Shown here piece by piece: positions 19,129 to 29,747 of a stretch of DNA of 64,000 nucleotides. Source of the DNA: a virus; the IMG/VR virus record IMGVR_UViG_3300027736_000020, positions 96,001 through 160,000 of that record, one strand, 5' to 3'. The notes under the pieces were generated by a model. It saw only the letters and a program-made list of their open reading frames with translations, did no database searches and was not told the origin of the DNA. Position 1 is the first letter of the stretch. Every line of letters begins with the position of its first letter. The translations under genes and the position numbers were made by a program.

Positions 19129-22100
19129 TCATGAATTTTCTGTATACATAGATCTTTTTAGATTTATTTTTTCCAATAATTCCTCAAGAAAAGGAGACCT
19201 TCCGTTTGAAGCAGTGCATATATGCAATTCATTTTCCGCTCTTGTCATTGCAACGTAAAAAAGATTTTTTTCTTGTTCTCGTGCAATTTCGTAATCTTTT
19301 TCATCTTTGCTTTCTGAAATGCGACTGTGCGGCCACCTATCATCCGTTACATTGTACAAAAATACTGTTTCAAATTCAGATCCTTTTGATTGATGTGCGT
19401 TTATTACTACTACTCCGCTTTTCTGTTCTTCATCGTGAGGTTCACCCCCAAAGTCTTCTTGCATTTCTTGATACAAGGTCATATCTTTGGAAGATGGAGC
19501 AACTTCTATTTTTAAATTGTAAAGTCTTTTCCTGAGGTCTGCAGCTTCTTTATTGGTTCTGCAAATAATTGCCATTGGAGGAACAAACACCCCTGCTCCC
19601 TTGTCTGTCCAAGGTATACGAACTCGATCATCTGGCCGGGCTTCGGATCCAAATTTTTTTCTAATGATGCTTGCCATGTAATTATCTTGCTCATTCATGG
19701 ATGCTTTTCCACTTTTGCTTTTGGCATTGAAAATATTTACTGTCCCTGACGCAGATCCAATTGTATCCCCCATTTTTCCAGAAATCCAATTTCTGCCGTC
19801 AAAAATAGTTGCCAATTGTGCCAATATGTATCTTGCTCGATAATTTACGCCAAGCATGACATTTTTTACTTTTCCTCTTGTGGAACCATTAAATAATCCA
19901 TGCCATTTTTCAAAATTTGTCGCATCAGAGAATTCTGTATTTGCGCCTCTGAATCCATATATAGCTTGATGTTCGTCGCCAACAACGGTGAGATTTGCTC
20001 CGTTTGATGCTGTTACTGCCTTAATAAGTCTTCTTTGCATTAAATTTATATCTTGAAATTCATCAACCATTACATGACGATATCTCGCTCGTACGTTATT
20101 CCTATCGTGATTGTTGTTTTCAAGATGTTTTGCTACTTTTGATATTAAGTCAGAATAATCCAGTTGATTATTGCTAGAAAGCATTTCATTGTATTTATGC
20201 CATATTCTTTCCAAAACAGGATTTTCCTTAATTTCTGACATGTTTTCAGTATCTTTTGCAGCCTGTATCTTTGTTGCAATTGTGGAGGAAAGACTTCCTT
20301 CTCCGGTATTTAATGCTCTCAACGCTACTTGTTGAGGCAAAGTAAATTGATTTATTATTGCAGTAATCATCTCTTCTTGTTTGTTTGTTCCTACCAATTG
20401 CAAATCTGGATCAAATGCTTTCTTTGTTCCTGTTTTTGCATTGTAATTTATTCCATCTATATTTAAAGCATCTACACCAGTAATTAATGAAAGGGCAAAA
20501 GAATGTGTTGTTGCTATTGTTGGATTTGCTCTGTCATCATTTATGTTGCCTGTTTTGAACGATAAAATACCGTCTTGCTTGCTTTTGTCTCTTAATTCGT
20601 TGTCAGTAAGACCTTCTTGTGTCAAAAATGTTGCAAATTTTCCCTTTTCTGCCGTGAATGAATCTTTGACTCTTCTTCTTGCGTCCCGAGAAAAAGTCAA
20701 CATGAGTATTTGTTCTTGGGAAACTCCGTATAATGACGACAACATGAGCATCAAAGCAACCAATGATTTTGTTTTTCCTGATCCCGGAATTCCCTTAACA
20801 ATTGTAGGTCCTGTGTTGTCTTGTTTTATTGCTGCCAATTGCGTGTCATTAAGCATGTCTTCAAAATATTTCGTTATTGCAACTTCTCTTGTGGCCCCAT
20901 TTCTTCCCCTTATGGTTTGAGCAGCTGTAGTCAATGTCGGACTTTGTCTGTCTCCTGAATCTCTAACAGTATTAACGGGAATTCTTTCGTGATCTTCAAT
21001 TTTGGATCCATTAGTATTTTCTTGCATGAGATCCTCATATCCATCAGGATATCTTCCATTCTCAAAAGCATTTGTCCAATTTATTCTGTTTTTTGCTTCT
21101 CCTTGTTTTGCTATCCAAAACAGCCTTAAAACTTCTCTTGTCCTTTCTTCATCGTCTGCACTATCATCATTTATTGCTTTTAGTTTTTGTATCAATGGAA
21201 TAGATGTGTCAGTTTCCTTCAGTGCAATTTTAAGAATGTCTAAAGCGTCTTTTTTTGTATCATCATCTTGCATTGATTTTTCAACATAACTGTCGCACAA
21301 CTGCCAATACAAATCTGACAAAGGATTCTTTGATCGTGATCCCCAGAATATTGTTCCATCTGATGCTTTCCATGTTGTTTCTGCTCCATCTACAGCAGAA
21401 GAGCTTAATCCTTGACCGCCCGGAAGAGATTCTATTGAATTTTTGTTTCCTGAATGAATAACAATGTTTATTTTCAAAGATTTTAATATGTCAAGCAATT
21501 CCTTGCTAAAAGATCCAATGGTTTTTCTCATGTCTTGAGGAGAAATAGTCCAATAATCAGGTATGTCTGTTGTTGTTGCGCGAGAATAATGTTCTGGAAT
21601 AGTAAAAACATGATTTTTTAGAAACTCACCATGTTCAGGAAATTTGTCAAATATTCCATCTTCATTAATTCCTGCCCTCAATGGTGATGGACTTGATGTG
21701 ACATCATCAGCAATATTTTTTAGAATCCGCATTGAAGGAATTGTTGCTGCTTCAGAATTTATGATTGCTTGATGATTTCGAAGTAATTGATCCTGTGATC
21801 CGTTATTCAAAGAAGAAATAATTTTGAAAATATCCGTAATAGCATCTGTATATGAAGATTGTTCAGATTGCGGTGGAATTCTATATATAACATCACTTGG
21901 TGAAATCTTGTGAATTGCAAATTGTTTTTCAGTTTTTTCTATGCGGTCTTTTTCTTTTTGAGATTTATCAAACGCTTCATTTATTGCCGCTGTTCTTGTT
22001 TCCGGATCTTTATCATAGCTTCCATTGAACAATTGTTCGTTTTTACTAAATTCTTCAAATTCTGTTTTCAATGATAAAAGTGTAGTGGCTGCATCACTTA

Positions 22101-25100
22101 TTTCTTTTTTATCACTTCTTGCTAATTGTTCTAAATTTCCTTTTGAAAATGAGAATCCAAGACTATAGCCTTTTCTTTCGTCAAGAGCATACAATGTTCC
22201 TTCTGCCCTGTCTATGTCTTTTACTAGTGTCCATTTTTCGACATCTCTGGCATTTGTAAACGAATTTGTTGACTGATAAGGAAATCTCATGTTATCATCA
22301 TCAGGTTTTGCGTCTGTTTTAATTGCTATTTTAGATCCCGGCAATAACGATGCTCCATTCAAGATGGTGTTTGCGTTATGAGTATCTATAATTACAAAAT
22401 GAACAGCAGTTCGTCTTAATTTTTTTTCTTCGTCTTTTTTTAATTTTCTTCTCTGATCATAACTATTCGGATCTGCATCGTCCAATGCTTTTGGAGCGCT
22501 GAATCTACCAAACAACTCTTGTGCTCCACTCCATAATTTAGAAATTCTTCCTTGTTCTACTTCTTTGTCAAGATTTAATTTTTCGTTATTTTTTTTGCTG
22601 AAAAGTCCACTCATATCAAGATAAAGGCTTTTGGGGTCTGCAAGTCTTCCAAACATTTTTGAAAAAAATAGTGACGCATAATTTTTGTCTTTTTTGTCAA
22701 GAAGGGTTTGTTGATGCTGACTGTTTGGTTTGATTGCATCATCAGTATGATTGTCTTCGGATTCATAATCTGTATCTGAAACAACAGGTAACATTACAAC
22801 AGCAAAATTTCCTCTTGTCGCTACTATTCTCCCTATAGCACTAGGATTAACTCCTTCAGCTGCTAAGCTAGCCAAACCTTTTGTAAAAAATTCTTTTATT
22901 TCAGGATCAATGTTCCATCCAGTAAAGCTTTGCAACCTTTCAAGTTGTTGATTATTTGATAAATTAGCATTAATATTTCCATGATCTGCAATTTCTGAAA
23001 TTTGAGTTATTTCTGATGGCCGGAAAACGCCTAAATCTAACTGGGGAACATTTGTATTGCCCAATACTGCATCCAGCGTATTGTTTGCAGCACTTTTTAC
23101 ACTTGAAAAATTACTACTAAAAAGATTATTATCTGCTTTCATTTTATGCGACAGCAATTGCGCTTGATGTCTTATGGGTGTCATGTCAACCCAATATTTA
23201 GTATTGCCGTTGGCATCTTTTCCAGATATTACTTTCAATGAAATGCTTATTGAATTACCAGTGTTTGTGGTTGCCTGATTGCCATTTGCTGGATTTTCTT
23301 GATCTATCCTTTTTGTTCCAGAAAACGTCAATCCATTTATTGTAATAAATTTACCATTTGCCGAAAGACTAAACCCAAGATTTTGTCCTTCAGTCATTAT
23401 GACTCTGTCACCTACCTGTGCATCTGCATTGTCTGCAATAATTAATCCTTTCTTATTATTTATTTTATTTTTCAATCCATTTGTTACTATTTTCAAGAGC
23501 TCTGCTTTGCTGGTTATTGGTGTTTTTTCAGGTTGCTCGACCCCAAAAAAAGCAAGTGACCCATATTCGTCATTTACCAATGAATGTGGAAACACCCATT
23601 CATGTGCCAAGCTTGGCTTTTCTCCATAAATTTTTCTCTCATCATCGGTTACGGGAGAAACATTTAGAGCAGTTATTACGGATGCTACTTCAGCTGGCGG
23701 AACATCCTTGGGAAGAGCGGCAGGATGTGTAAATCCTGTTTGCAAAATTGTATTATCTTTTTCGGCTTCATTGATTTTGACCAAAATATCATCATTGTCA
23801 ATAAGCCTTCTTATGGTGACAGATGGATGTTCTCCGGCAGGAGAAACAATAGGACTAGCACTAATTTTTGCTTGTTTTGCGATAATCATTGAGGGACTAT
23901 CTGCTGGACCTACCGCGCCATTGAGCATCATTCCGTCTGCAGGTTCTTGTTGTATTAGATTTCCATTTACGTCAAGCATTTTAGGGGTTTCTGAATTTTT
24001 CAATGCAATTGCTGCAACAAAATGTTGATTAGCTGCATGTTGAGCCATCGTGTCTTCAACAATTGATAATGCATAATTATAAAGTGCTCTTTTTTGAGCA
24101 CTATCGCCGCCACGTGAAGCGATTTTTATTTTTTGTTCTGCGTTATACTCCTGTTTTGTTTTAGAAAGTGAATCAAGAATATTTTGTGAACTAATTGATG
24201 TTGAATCGAGCAATTCAATAAAATCTTTTTCTGATGGATTTTTTGGCTTTCCTCTTTTAAAAACTGTATATTTTGAATTTTCTCTTGTTTCTTTTATCCA
24301 TTTCTCAATTTTTTCTTGTAATTCTCCTGCAAGATTTCCTTCTTCGATTTTTCTTTTTAAAAGAACATACTTGTCACCATCACTATTGTGCTTTTCCCAA
24401 GCACTTATTTTTTTTCTATCTTCTATTTGATCTTTAAGTGCTCCATGATTTGTCCCTGAATTTGAGCGCAAAAATGACGCAATATATTCGTCATCGGTTG
24501 GTTCGTCATTCTTGAGTTCAAAATCAGGATTTTTTATTTCATCCGCTACTTCATATGTGACTTGCGATATGGGAGTTGGCGGAGCTTTTTTCCAAAATGG
24601 ACTAGTGGCAAAAAAACTTTTTTTCTGATCAGGATTCAGGCCATTAAGAGTATCGTCGAAATTTTTCGTTGATTTGTACAGTGATCCATCTGGATTTTCT
24701 TTGTATATGAGAACGTGCATTTTAGTAAAATCATTTTCAAATTTTACATGAGCAAACATTGTTTCAACACCTGTTGTTGGTGGCCTAAGTCTAAAGAATA
24801 AGCTGCCATTTTCCATTCGAATAGGGTCAGTTCCTAATTCCGGCGGTTCTGCAACGGAGAATTTTGACACATCAGAGGGAATGTCTCTATGAATATCTTG
24901 AAAAGCTCCTGCTGTTCCAATTGGTTCAGAACCATCTGGAAAATATTCGCGATCATTGCCTGCTATAGTGGTTATTCCGGACGTTACGGTGACCCTTCGC
25001 CCTGTTGCATCAACAGGAGCAACTATTCCGGGCTGCTCCCTCATGTATTGAAGTGCTTTCTTTTTGATTGTTTCAATATCTGCTTGTCCATTTCCATTAA

Positions 25101-26829
25101 AAGTCAAAAAATCTACAAGTTTTCTAGCATTTAATGTCCAAGTTCCACCTTTATGTCCAGACAAATTTCTGTTTTGAAAATCGCTCAAAGACTCCTGTTC
25201 TGTTCCCGGAGCAAAGATTCCATTATCTTCTGCATTTCCAAAAGCTTTTAATATGTCATTCCTTGTCTTGTCAGGAAGACTTGAAAATGCATCTTTCCAC
25301 TTTTGTTTTTCTTCGTCAGTTTCAAATAGTTTTCCAGGGGTAGTTTTCCATTTCGTATATAGTTCTCCAAAAGAAAGACTGCTGTTTCTTCGAGCAGCAC
25401 CTAGTTTTTTTATTACTTCTTGATGCCATCTTTCAATGTTTTTCTTAGCATTAGGCCATCCAAAAACCCCTCCAAATGGCAGTGCAACGCCAATGTTTCC
25501 ATTTAATCTTGTATCGGCTTCCGTTGCCATCATTGATTTGCTTACTGCTTGATTCCTTAATATTGATGCATTGCTCCAAGCTTCAGTAACTTTTCTTGCA
25601 AGATTAGATATGTCTTCTGAATCGCTATCCTTTGCCGGAATTAAATTGTCAAGTATTTCATTGAGATGTTCCTTTCTTAGAGACCCTTGTACCCATATAC
25701 CATCTTCGTTTTTTTCAAATCTATCAGCGTGAGAAAGTATTTTGTCCTTATTGTCATCAGTTAATGCTGCTGAGTCCAGCAATCTCTTAAAGTCTTCGTG
25801 CTTATACAGATCAGCAAGGTGCTCGCGAACGGTATTCGGGTCAATATTCGACCCTTCGGTTGCTTCTGGAAGAGGAGCCAACAAACTGTCATCATGCCCT
25901 ATAAAATGATGCAAAGGAATTCCCAACAGGCTTGTTGGTTTATACAAATGATCAGTTAACTTTTGATGGTTTAAACTTAATAAACCACCTTTACGTCCAT
26001 TTCCTTTTTCCCAACCAAAAAAAGTCTTGAGAAGTTTTTTGGTTCCATCAGTCATCGAATGCCAATAAATATGTTTTTCAACCTTGTCTTGATCGGTTCG
26101 TACTTGGGTTTTTTCTGGATCAAAGCCGTTAATTGGACTAAACCCAATAAGACCAGATGCAGAAACAAAAACACGTTCTAAAATGCCTTGACTTATTGTT
26201 TTCTTTCCAAGATCAATTATTTTTGTTGGGAAACCTTCCGAATGAATGAACTTCATTGGTTGTACTTCCATTAGTACGCTTCCACCAGCATGAGCAATGG
26301 ACTTGTCTGATTCTGGTCCGTGTGTGTCAATTGTTCCATCTTCAATCGGAGGATATGTTGTCTTGGGAAATTTTACAAATCTTTCAACTAGTCTTTTTCC
26401 TGTGTTAGTTATCCTGTTCCATATGCCACGTTGTTCCGCTTGTTCTGGATGAGCAAGTCCTATTTGATCTCTGGTTAGCTGTACTCCATCTGCGGAAATT
26501 TTAGTAACTTTTGGATGTAGTATTCTAGTCATAACATCGGTTTGTTGTGGCTCAGAAGCCAAATGAGTAACATGAATTCCAACTGTTTCTCCAGCAATGT
26601 TTACATGATTACCAATATGCGTTAGTAGTCCTTTGTTGGTATCAAGAGGATGAACAGGACCTGATAATTCAACGTTATGAATTGGAGCATCACTTTTACT
26701 AAGGTCATCTGCGTTCAGTTCCAAATCACTTGCTCTGTTAGGTATACTTTGTGATTTGAAAAATAATCCAAATTTTATTTTTTTTGAAGAGAAAAAATCT
26801 TCGTAGATGCTTTTCTTAAAAATCAGCAT
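19129..26829 (-). CDS. Giant 2566 aa polyvalent protein with C-terminal UvrD/PcrA SF1 helicase
   Basis: Helicase at ~19129-20856 with Q-motif 'LNDTQ', Walker A 'GIPGSGKT', 'LTFS', 'TTHSF', Walker B 'VDEFQD', 'VGDEHQAIYGFRGA', 'NYR', 'AHQSKGSEF' and 'YVAMTRA'. Starts MLIFKKS. Confidence 0.9.
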   Translation of the reverse strand: MLIFKKSIYEDFFSSKKIKFGLFFKSQSIPNRASDLELNADDLSKSDAPIHNVELSGPVHPLDTNKGLLTHIGNHVNIAGETVGIHVTHLASEPQQTDVMTRILHPKVTKISADGVQLTRDQIGLAHPEQAEQRGIWNRITNTGKRLVERFVKFPKTTYPPIEDGTIDTHGPESDKSIAHAGGSVLMEVQPMKFIHSEGFPTKIIDLGKKTISQGILERVFVSASGLIGFSPINGFDPEKTQVRTDQDKVEKHIYWHSMTDGTKKLLKTFFGWEKGNGRKGGLLSLNHQKLTDHLYKPTSLLGIPLHHFIGHDDSLLAPLPEATEGSNIDPNTVREHLADLYKHEDFKRLLDSAALTDDNKDKILSHADRFEKNEDGIWVQGSLRKEHLNEILDNLIPAKDSDSEDISNLARKVTEAWSNASILRNQAVSKSMMATEADTRLNGNIGVALPFGGVFGWPNAKKNIERWHQEVIKKLGAARRNSSLSFGELYTKWKTTPGKLFETDEEKQKWKDAFSSLPDKTRNDILKAFGNAEDNGIFAPGTEQESLSDFQNRNLSGHKGGTWTLNARKLVDFLTFNGNGQADIETIKKKALQYMREQPGIVAPVDATGRRVTVTSGITTIAGNDREYFPDGSEPIGTAGAFQDIHRDIPSDVSKFSVAEPPELGTDPIRMENGSLFFRLRPPTTGVETMFAHVKFENDFTKMHVLIYKENPDGSLYKSTKNFDDTLNGLNPDQKKSFFATSPFWKKAPPTPISQVTYEVADEIKNPDFELKNDEPTDDEYIASFLRSNSGTNHGALKDQIEDRKKISAWEKHNSDGDKYVLLKRKIEEGNLAGELQEKIEKWIKETRENSKYTVFKRGKPKNPSEKDFIELLDSTSISSQNILDSLSKTKQEYNAEQKIKIASRGGDSAQKRALYNYALSIVEDTMAQHAANQHFVAAIALKNSETPKMLDVNGNLIQQEPADGMMLNGAVGPADSPSMIIAKQAKISASPIVSPAGEHPSVTIRRLIDNDDILVKINEAEKDNTILQTGFTHPAALPKDVPPAEVASVITALNVSPVTDDERKIYGEKPSLAHEWVFPHSLVNDEYGSLAFFGVEQPEKTPITSKAELLKIVTNGLKNKINNKKGLIIADNADAQVGDRVIMTEGQNLGFSLSANGKFITINGLTFSGTKRIDQENPANGNQATTNTGNSISISLKVISGKDANGNTKYWVDMTPIRHQAQLLSHKMKADNNLFSSNFSSVKSAANNTLDAVLGNTNVPQLDLGVFRPSEITQISEIADHGNINANLSNNQQLERLQSFTGWNIDPEIKEFFTKGLASLAAEGVNPSAIGRIVATRGNFAVVMLPVVSDTDYESEDNHTDDAIKPNSQHQQTLLDKKDKNYASLFFSKMFGRLADPKSLYLDMSGLFSKKNNEKLNLDKEVEQGRISKLWSGAQELFGRFSAPKALDDADPNSYDQRRKLKKDEEKKLRRTAVHFVIIDTHNANTILNGASLLPGSKIAIKTDAKPDDDNMRFPYQSTNSFTNARDVEKWTLVKDIDRAEGTLYALDERKGYSLGFSFSKGNLEQLARSDKKEISDAATTLLSLKTEFEEFSKNEQLFNGSYDKDPETRTAAINEAFDKSQKEKDRIEKTEKQFAIHKISPSDVIYRIPPQSEQSSYTDAITDIFKIISSLNNGSQDQLLRNHQAIINSEAATIPSMRILKNIADDVTSSPSPLRAGINEDGIFDKFPEHGEFLKNHVFTIPEHYSRATTTDIPDYWTISPQDMRKTIGSFSKELLDILKSLKINIVIHSGNKNSIESLPGGQGLSSSAVDGAETTWKASDGTIFWGSRSKNPLSDLYWQLCDSYVEKSMQDDDTKKDALDILKIALKETDTSIPLIQKLKAINDDSADDEERTREVLRLFWIAKQGEAKNRINWTNAFENGRYPDGYEDLMQENTNGSKIEDHERIPVNTVRDSGDRQSPTLTTAAQTIRGRNGATREVAITKYFEDMLNDTQLAAIKQDNTGPTIVKGIPGSGKTKSLVALMLMLSSLYGVSQEQILMLTFSRDARRRVKDSFTAEKGKFATFLTQEGLTDNELRDKSKQDGILSFKTGNINDDRANPTIATTHSFALSLITGVDALNIDGINYNAKTGTKKAFDPDLQLVGTNKQEEMITAIINQFTLPQQVALRALNTGEGSLSSTIATKIQAAKDTENMSEIKENPVLERIWHKYNEMLSSNNQLDYSDLISKVAKHLENNNHDRNNVRARYRHVMVDEFQDINLMQRRLIKAVTASNGANLTVVGDEHQAIYGFRGANTEFSDATNFEKWHGLFNGSTRGKVKNVMLGVNYRARYILAQLATIFDGRNWISGKMGDTIGSASGTVNIFNAKSKSGKASMNEQDNYMASIIRKKFGSEARPDDRVRIPWTDKGAGVFVPPMAIICRTNKEAADLRKRLYNLKIEVAPSSKDMTLYQEMQEDFGGEPHDEEQKSGVVVINAHQSKGSEFETVFLYNVTDDRWPHSRISESKDEKDYEIAREQEKNLFYVAMTRAENELHICTASNGRSPFLEELLEKINLKRSMYTENS
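24975..25004. repeat. 30-bp element, copy 2 (ttccggacgttacggtgacccttcgccctg)
   Basis: 29/30 identical to 16657-16686. Confidence 0.9.
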
Positions 26830-27317
26830 TTTCCACCTTCTTCAGGGACTTTCCCTTTGACTACTGCCCAATCAGGAATTTGAATGTTTTCTTCTTTTAA
26901 TATTCTATGAAGCATGCTATTTTCTTTTCTATATTCAACAAGCATTGTTCCCATTTCTTCTATTTGTTTCTTGAGTTCTTTTATTTCTTTTTCATAATCG
27001 TTTTTCATTAAATCCATTTTTACTTCGTAATGCAATGTCAATAATTGCATTTCTTTCTTTAAGTTCTCTAAATCCTTGCGTATTTCGTCTCTATAAGAAG
27101 TGTTTGCGTCAACAATGAAATTGATTTGATCATTAAAATTTTTATTTGATTCTTGTTCCTTTTTTTGAGAAATAATTAAATCAAGAGCATCTTTTTGTTT
27201 TGATTTTTTGAAGTATTCTCGAATCACATTCACCATAATTGTGATTAAGATTCCAGAAACCGCTGAAACAATTGAAACAATTTGTTGAGAATTAAAAGAA
27301 AAATCTTCATCAATCAT
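26823..27317 (-). CDS. Single-TM coiled-coil protein (holin-associated type)
   Basis: N-terminal hydrophobic helix 'IVSIVSAVSGILITIMVNVI' followed by a long heptad-rich region. Confidence 0.6.
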   Translation of the reverse strand: MIDEDFSFNSQQIVSIVSAVSGILITIMVNVIREYFKKSKQKDALDLIISQKKEQESNKNFNDQINFIVDANTSYRDEIRKDLENLKKEMQLLTLHYEVKMDLMKNDYEKEIKELKKQIEEMGTMLVEYRKENSMLHRILKEENIQIPDWAVVKGKVPEEGGKC

Positions 27318-27706
27318 GTGGGATTTTCATCTTTCAGCCTCATATTTTCATAACTAACTGGTTCTGATACATTTGACAGTCCTAATCGTTGCACCAATGG
27401 ATTTTTTTCAATTTCATTTGATCTTGTCGGAGCCCAAATATCTCCTCGACAAGGCATAGGCAAAGGGAACATTGCTTGTTCTTGTTGCGGTACAATTTGT
27501 CCAGCACTATTTCTTATAATAGAAGAAGGTTTCACTGGCATAGGCATCAATATGGATAATGATCGTATTGCGGACATAAGTATTGTACAATTATTTTTCT
27601 TGGCGCAATTTCCGCAAGACTTTTCTGGCATTTTTGGCTTTGATCCATGAATTATTATGTCAGGATCATCTTCTGGTTGGGAATAATTTGTCAGTTGAAT
27701 TCTCAT
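27314..27706 (-). CDS. Hypothetical protein with CxxC...C motif; first gene of the leftward operon
   Basis: Start moved to ATG 27706 (MRIQL), with GGTGA upstream and an extended -10 before it; 'CGNCAKKNNC'. Confidence 0.6.
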   Translation of the reverse strand: MRIQLTNYSQPEDDPDIIIHGSKPKMPEKSCGNCAKKNNCTILMSAIRSLSILMPMPVKPSSIIRNSAGQIVPQQEQAMFPLPMPCRGDIWAPTRSNEIEKNPLVQRLGLSNVSEPVSYENMRLKDENPT

Positions 27707-27733
27707 TTGTTTCACCACTCGGCATGATGTATC

Positions 27734-27742
27734 ATCATAACA
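27734..27742 (-). promoter_or_regulatory. Extended -10 element TGTTATGAT for the leftward operon
   Basis: TGnTATGAT in the divergent gap, ~28 nt upstream of the start; no -35 at canonical spacing. Confidence 0.5.
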
Positions 27743-27798
27743 CAGGAACATGTCAAACTCATGGCTTTCAAAAGATTCAGTGATATTCGGAGACAAAA

Positions 27799-28737
27799 AT
27801 GCCACAATCTTTACGATTAAAAAAAGCATTAAAAAATTTAAATCACAGTAATTTGTTGCTTGAAAACATTAATGAGCATTTAACAATTTCTGTTTCTGGT
27901 GAAGAAGATCTTGAAAAAAGCCTTGGCAAGAACAGGGCTCCACAAAAACGTCCGACAAAAATCACTTCTTCTGCAGCATTTGAGGGGCACATAGGAACTG
28001 GAGTTCGCCCTTCGGCAAAATCAACCATGGCGAACAAAATCATTTCCTCCCTTATGGGAGGATCATCCTCACCTGCCAACGGTTCCTCGCCATTTCCTGC
28101 GATCACTTTTTCTGGACCATCAAAATCCCTTGGAGAATCCAAGGAAGACTGGCAATCTCATCCTAACTGTTCCGTTGGATCATTTGCTTTTATTCAACAT
28201 CCATACAAGCATCAACAACCCGTTTGGACACGAATCATTTCAATAGGAAAGCATGGAATACAAGCAAATGAAACCAGTGGACATACGCACAATGTGCGAT
28301 GGCCACACATTCTGGATATTCAGCCTGTTATTGGTCATGGCATTCATCCTGCTGAAGACAAAGAAGTAGTCATTGATTTACACAAGATGGGGGCACCACT
28401 TGAGCACGATAGCAAATTGTCTCATGCAGATTTGATGCATGCTGAAGAATATCTTCGTCAATTGAATCTTCCAATAATATCAGATCTCATTCATGGAGAA
28501 TTGGAAGATTCAGGTTCGGCATACGATGAGTTAAGAAATATTCATGCTCCACTTGATCCAGTTTCCATGACTGAAGATACTAGTGGCAAGAACAGCGTAT
28601 TGCCTGCGCATTTGCAGGAACTCATTGATGAGCTTTCTTCCATGGGCAAACCCATTGACGTTGAAAAACTTTCCAAGCTTCCCAAAAAAGATATTTTAAA
28701 AGTTCTTGAATATTATTTTAAGGATTCAAATATATGA
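27799..28737 (+). CDS. Hypothetical 312 aa protein (LKKA/LEKS N-terminus, possible SH3/Tudor-like beta domain)
   Basis: GGAG 6 nt upstream; 'SVGSFAFIQHP...WTRIISIGKHG...HNVRWPHI'. Confidence 0.7.
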   Translation: MPQSLRLKKALKNLNHSNLLLENINEHLTISVSGEEDLEKSLGKNRAPQKRPTKITSSAAFEGHIGTGVRPSAKSTMANKIISSLMGGSSSPANGSSPFPAITFSGPSKSLGESKEDWQSHPNCSVGSFAFIQHPYKHQQPVWTRIISIGKHGIQANETSGHTHNVRWPHILDIQPVIGHGIHPAEDKEVVIDLHKMGAPLEHDSKLSHADLMHAEEYLRQLNLPIISDLIHGELEDSGSAYDELRNIHAPLDPVSMTEDTSGKNSVLPAHLQELIDELSSMGKPIDVEKLSKLPKKDILKVLEYYFKDSNI

Positions 28738-29156
28738 CATTTCAATCATTTATTGAAGAATGGGAAATAATGCTCCCTGATGGAACAATTATACGCGACG
28801 AAATACAATATTCCTATGCGATGAGTCCAATAGGAGTTGAGATTGTTCCTCAAAAAAATCGCAGAATAATAACTAGTCCTGAAGGAGAAGAGGAATATGT
28901 TCCTGTTCCTGAGGATTATGAACAAAATCGCGTTGATCTTTGTGAGATTAATGATAAATGGAAAAAGCAAAATGAAAAATATTTTGAAAAACATGAACAC
29001 AGAGAAAAGGATTATCTTGAATACAGCAAATGGATAAGTAATAATCTTAAAGATTCGTCTTTGACAAGTCTTTTGATGACATTTGCTCCAAAATCTTCAA
29101 GCGTTTCAGGAATTAGTGGATTATTGCTGCGTCACACACAGAAGGAACAAAAATGA
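28734..29156 (+). CDS. Hypothetical protein
   Basis: 140 aa; ATGA overlaps with both neighbours. Confidence 0.7.
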   Translation: MTFQSFIEEWEIMLPDGTIIRDEIQYSYAMSPIGVEIVPQKNRRIITSPEGEEEYVPVPEDYEQNRVDLCEINDKWKKQNEKYFEKHEHREKDYLEYSKWISNNLKDSSLTSLLMTFAPKSSSVSGISGLLLRHTQKEQK

Positions 29157-29323
29157 ACTGCTCACACTGCGGCGCAAAAGCACACACCCATGTTTTGTGG
29201 ATTATTCCCAAGGAAAATATTCTCCTGAAAGACAAAAGACTTATTTGTGAGGATTGCATTCCAGCCTTGAGAAGCATCTACGGAAAAAGAAGCGACAGGC
29301 AAATAGAAATTGAAAAATCTTGA
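29153..29323 (+). CDS. 56 aa zinc-finger microprotein (not in ORF track)
   Basis: MNCSHCGAKAH...LICEDCIP...IEKS; ATGA overlap with the upstream stop. Confidence 0.65.
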   Translation: MNCSHCGAKAHTHVLWIIPKENILLKDKRLICEDCIPALRSIYGKRSDRQIEIEKS

Positions 29324-29356
29324 TCATGGCAAAGACATAGTTTATCTATAAAAAAT

Positions 29357-29365
29357 TGCTATGAT
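29357..29365 (+). promoter_or_regulatory. Extended -10 element TGCTATGAT
   Basis: Intergenic, 16 nt before ATG 29382 and its AAGG site. Confidence 0.5.
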
Positions 29366-29381
29366 AAACAAAAGGTAGAAT

Positions 29382-29747
29382 ATGAACAGAGAAATAAGAA
29401 ATCTTGTTGAAAAATTGGCAAAATCCAATTTGAAAAAAGAACACGAAAAATCATTCGTACCAAAAGGAAGTATTCCTCGTGTCATGCACGTGGATTCATT
29501 TTCTGATAACACTCCTGATGTTTCTCATGTTCGCCATGGTTCCATGTTCATGATTACTGTTCATTTAAAAAATTCTCCTCTTTATGGAAAAACCTTGTTG
29601 CTTCAAAAATTAAAAAATGGATTTTACAAGTTAGTCACCGAAGACGGAGAAAAAGATTCACATGGTCCACAAAAAATTATTGTAGACATGGAAAAATCTC
29701 TTGTCAAGTATATGAATAAAAAAGGTGCAAAAAAATGGCAAGAATAA
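29382..29747 (+). CDS. Hypothetical protein with LAKS/MEKS sites
   Basis: 121 aa ORF. Confidence 0.7.
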   Translation: MNREIRNLVEKLAKSNLKKEHEKSFVPKGSIPRVMHVDSFSDNTPDVSHVRHGSMFMITVHLKNSPLYGKTLLLQKLKNGFYKLVTEDGEKDSHGPQKIIVDMEKSLVKYMNKKGAKKWQE

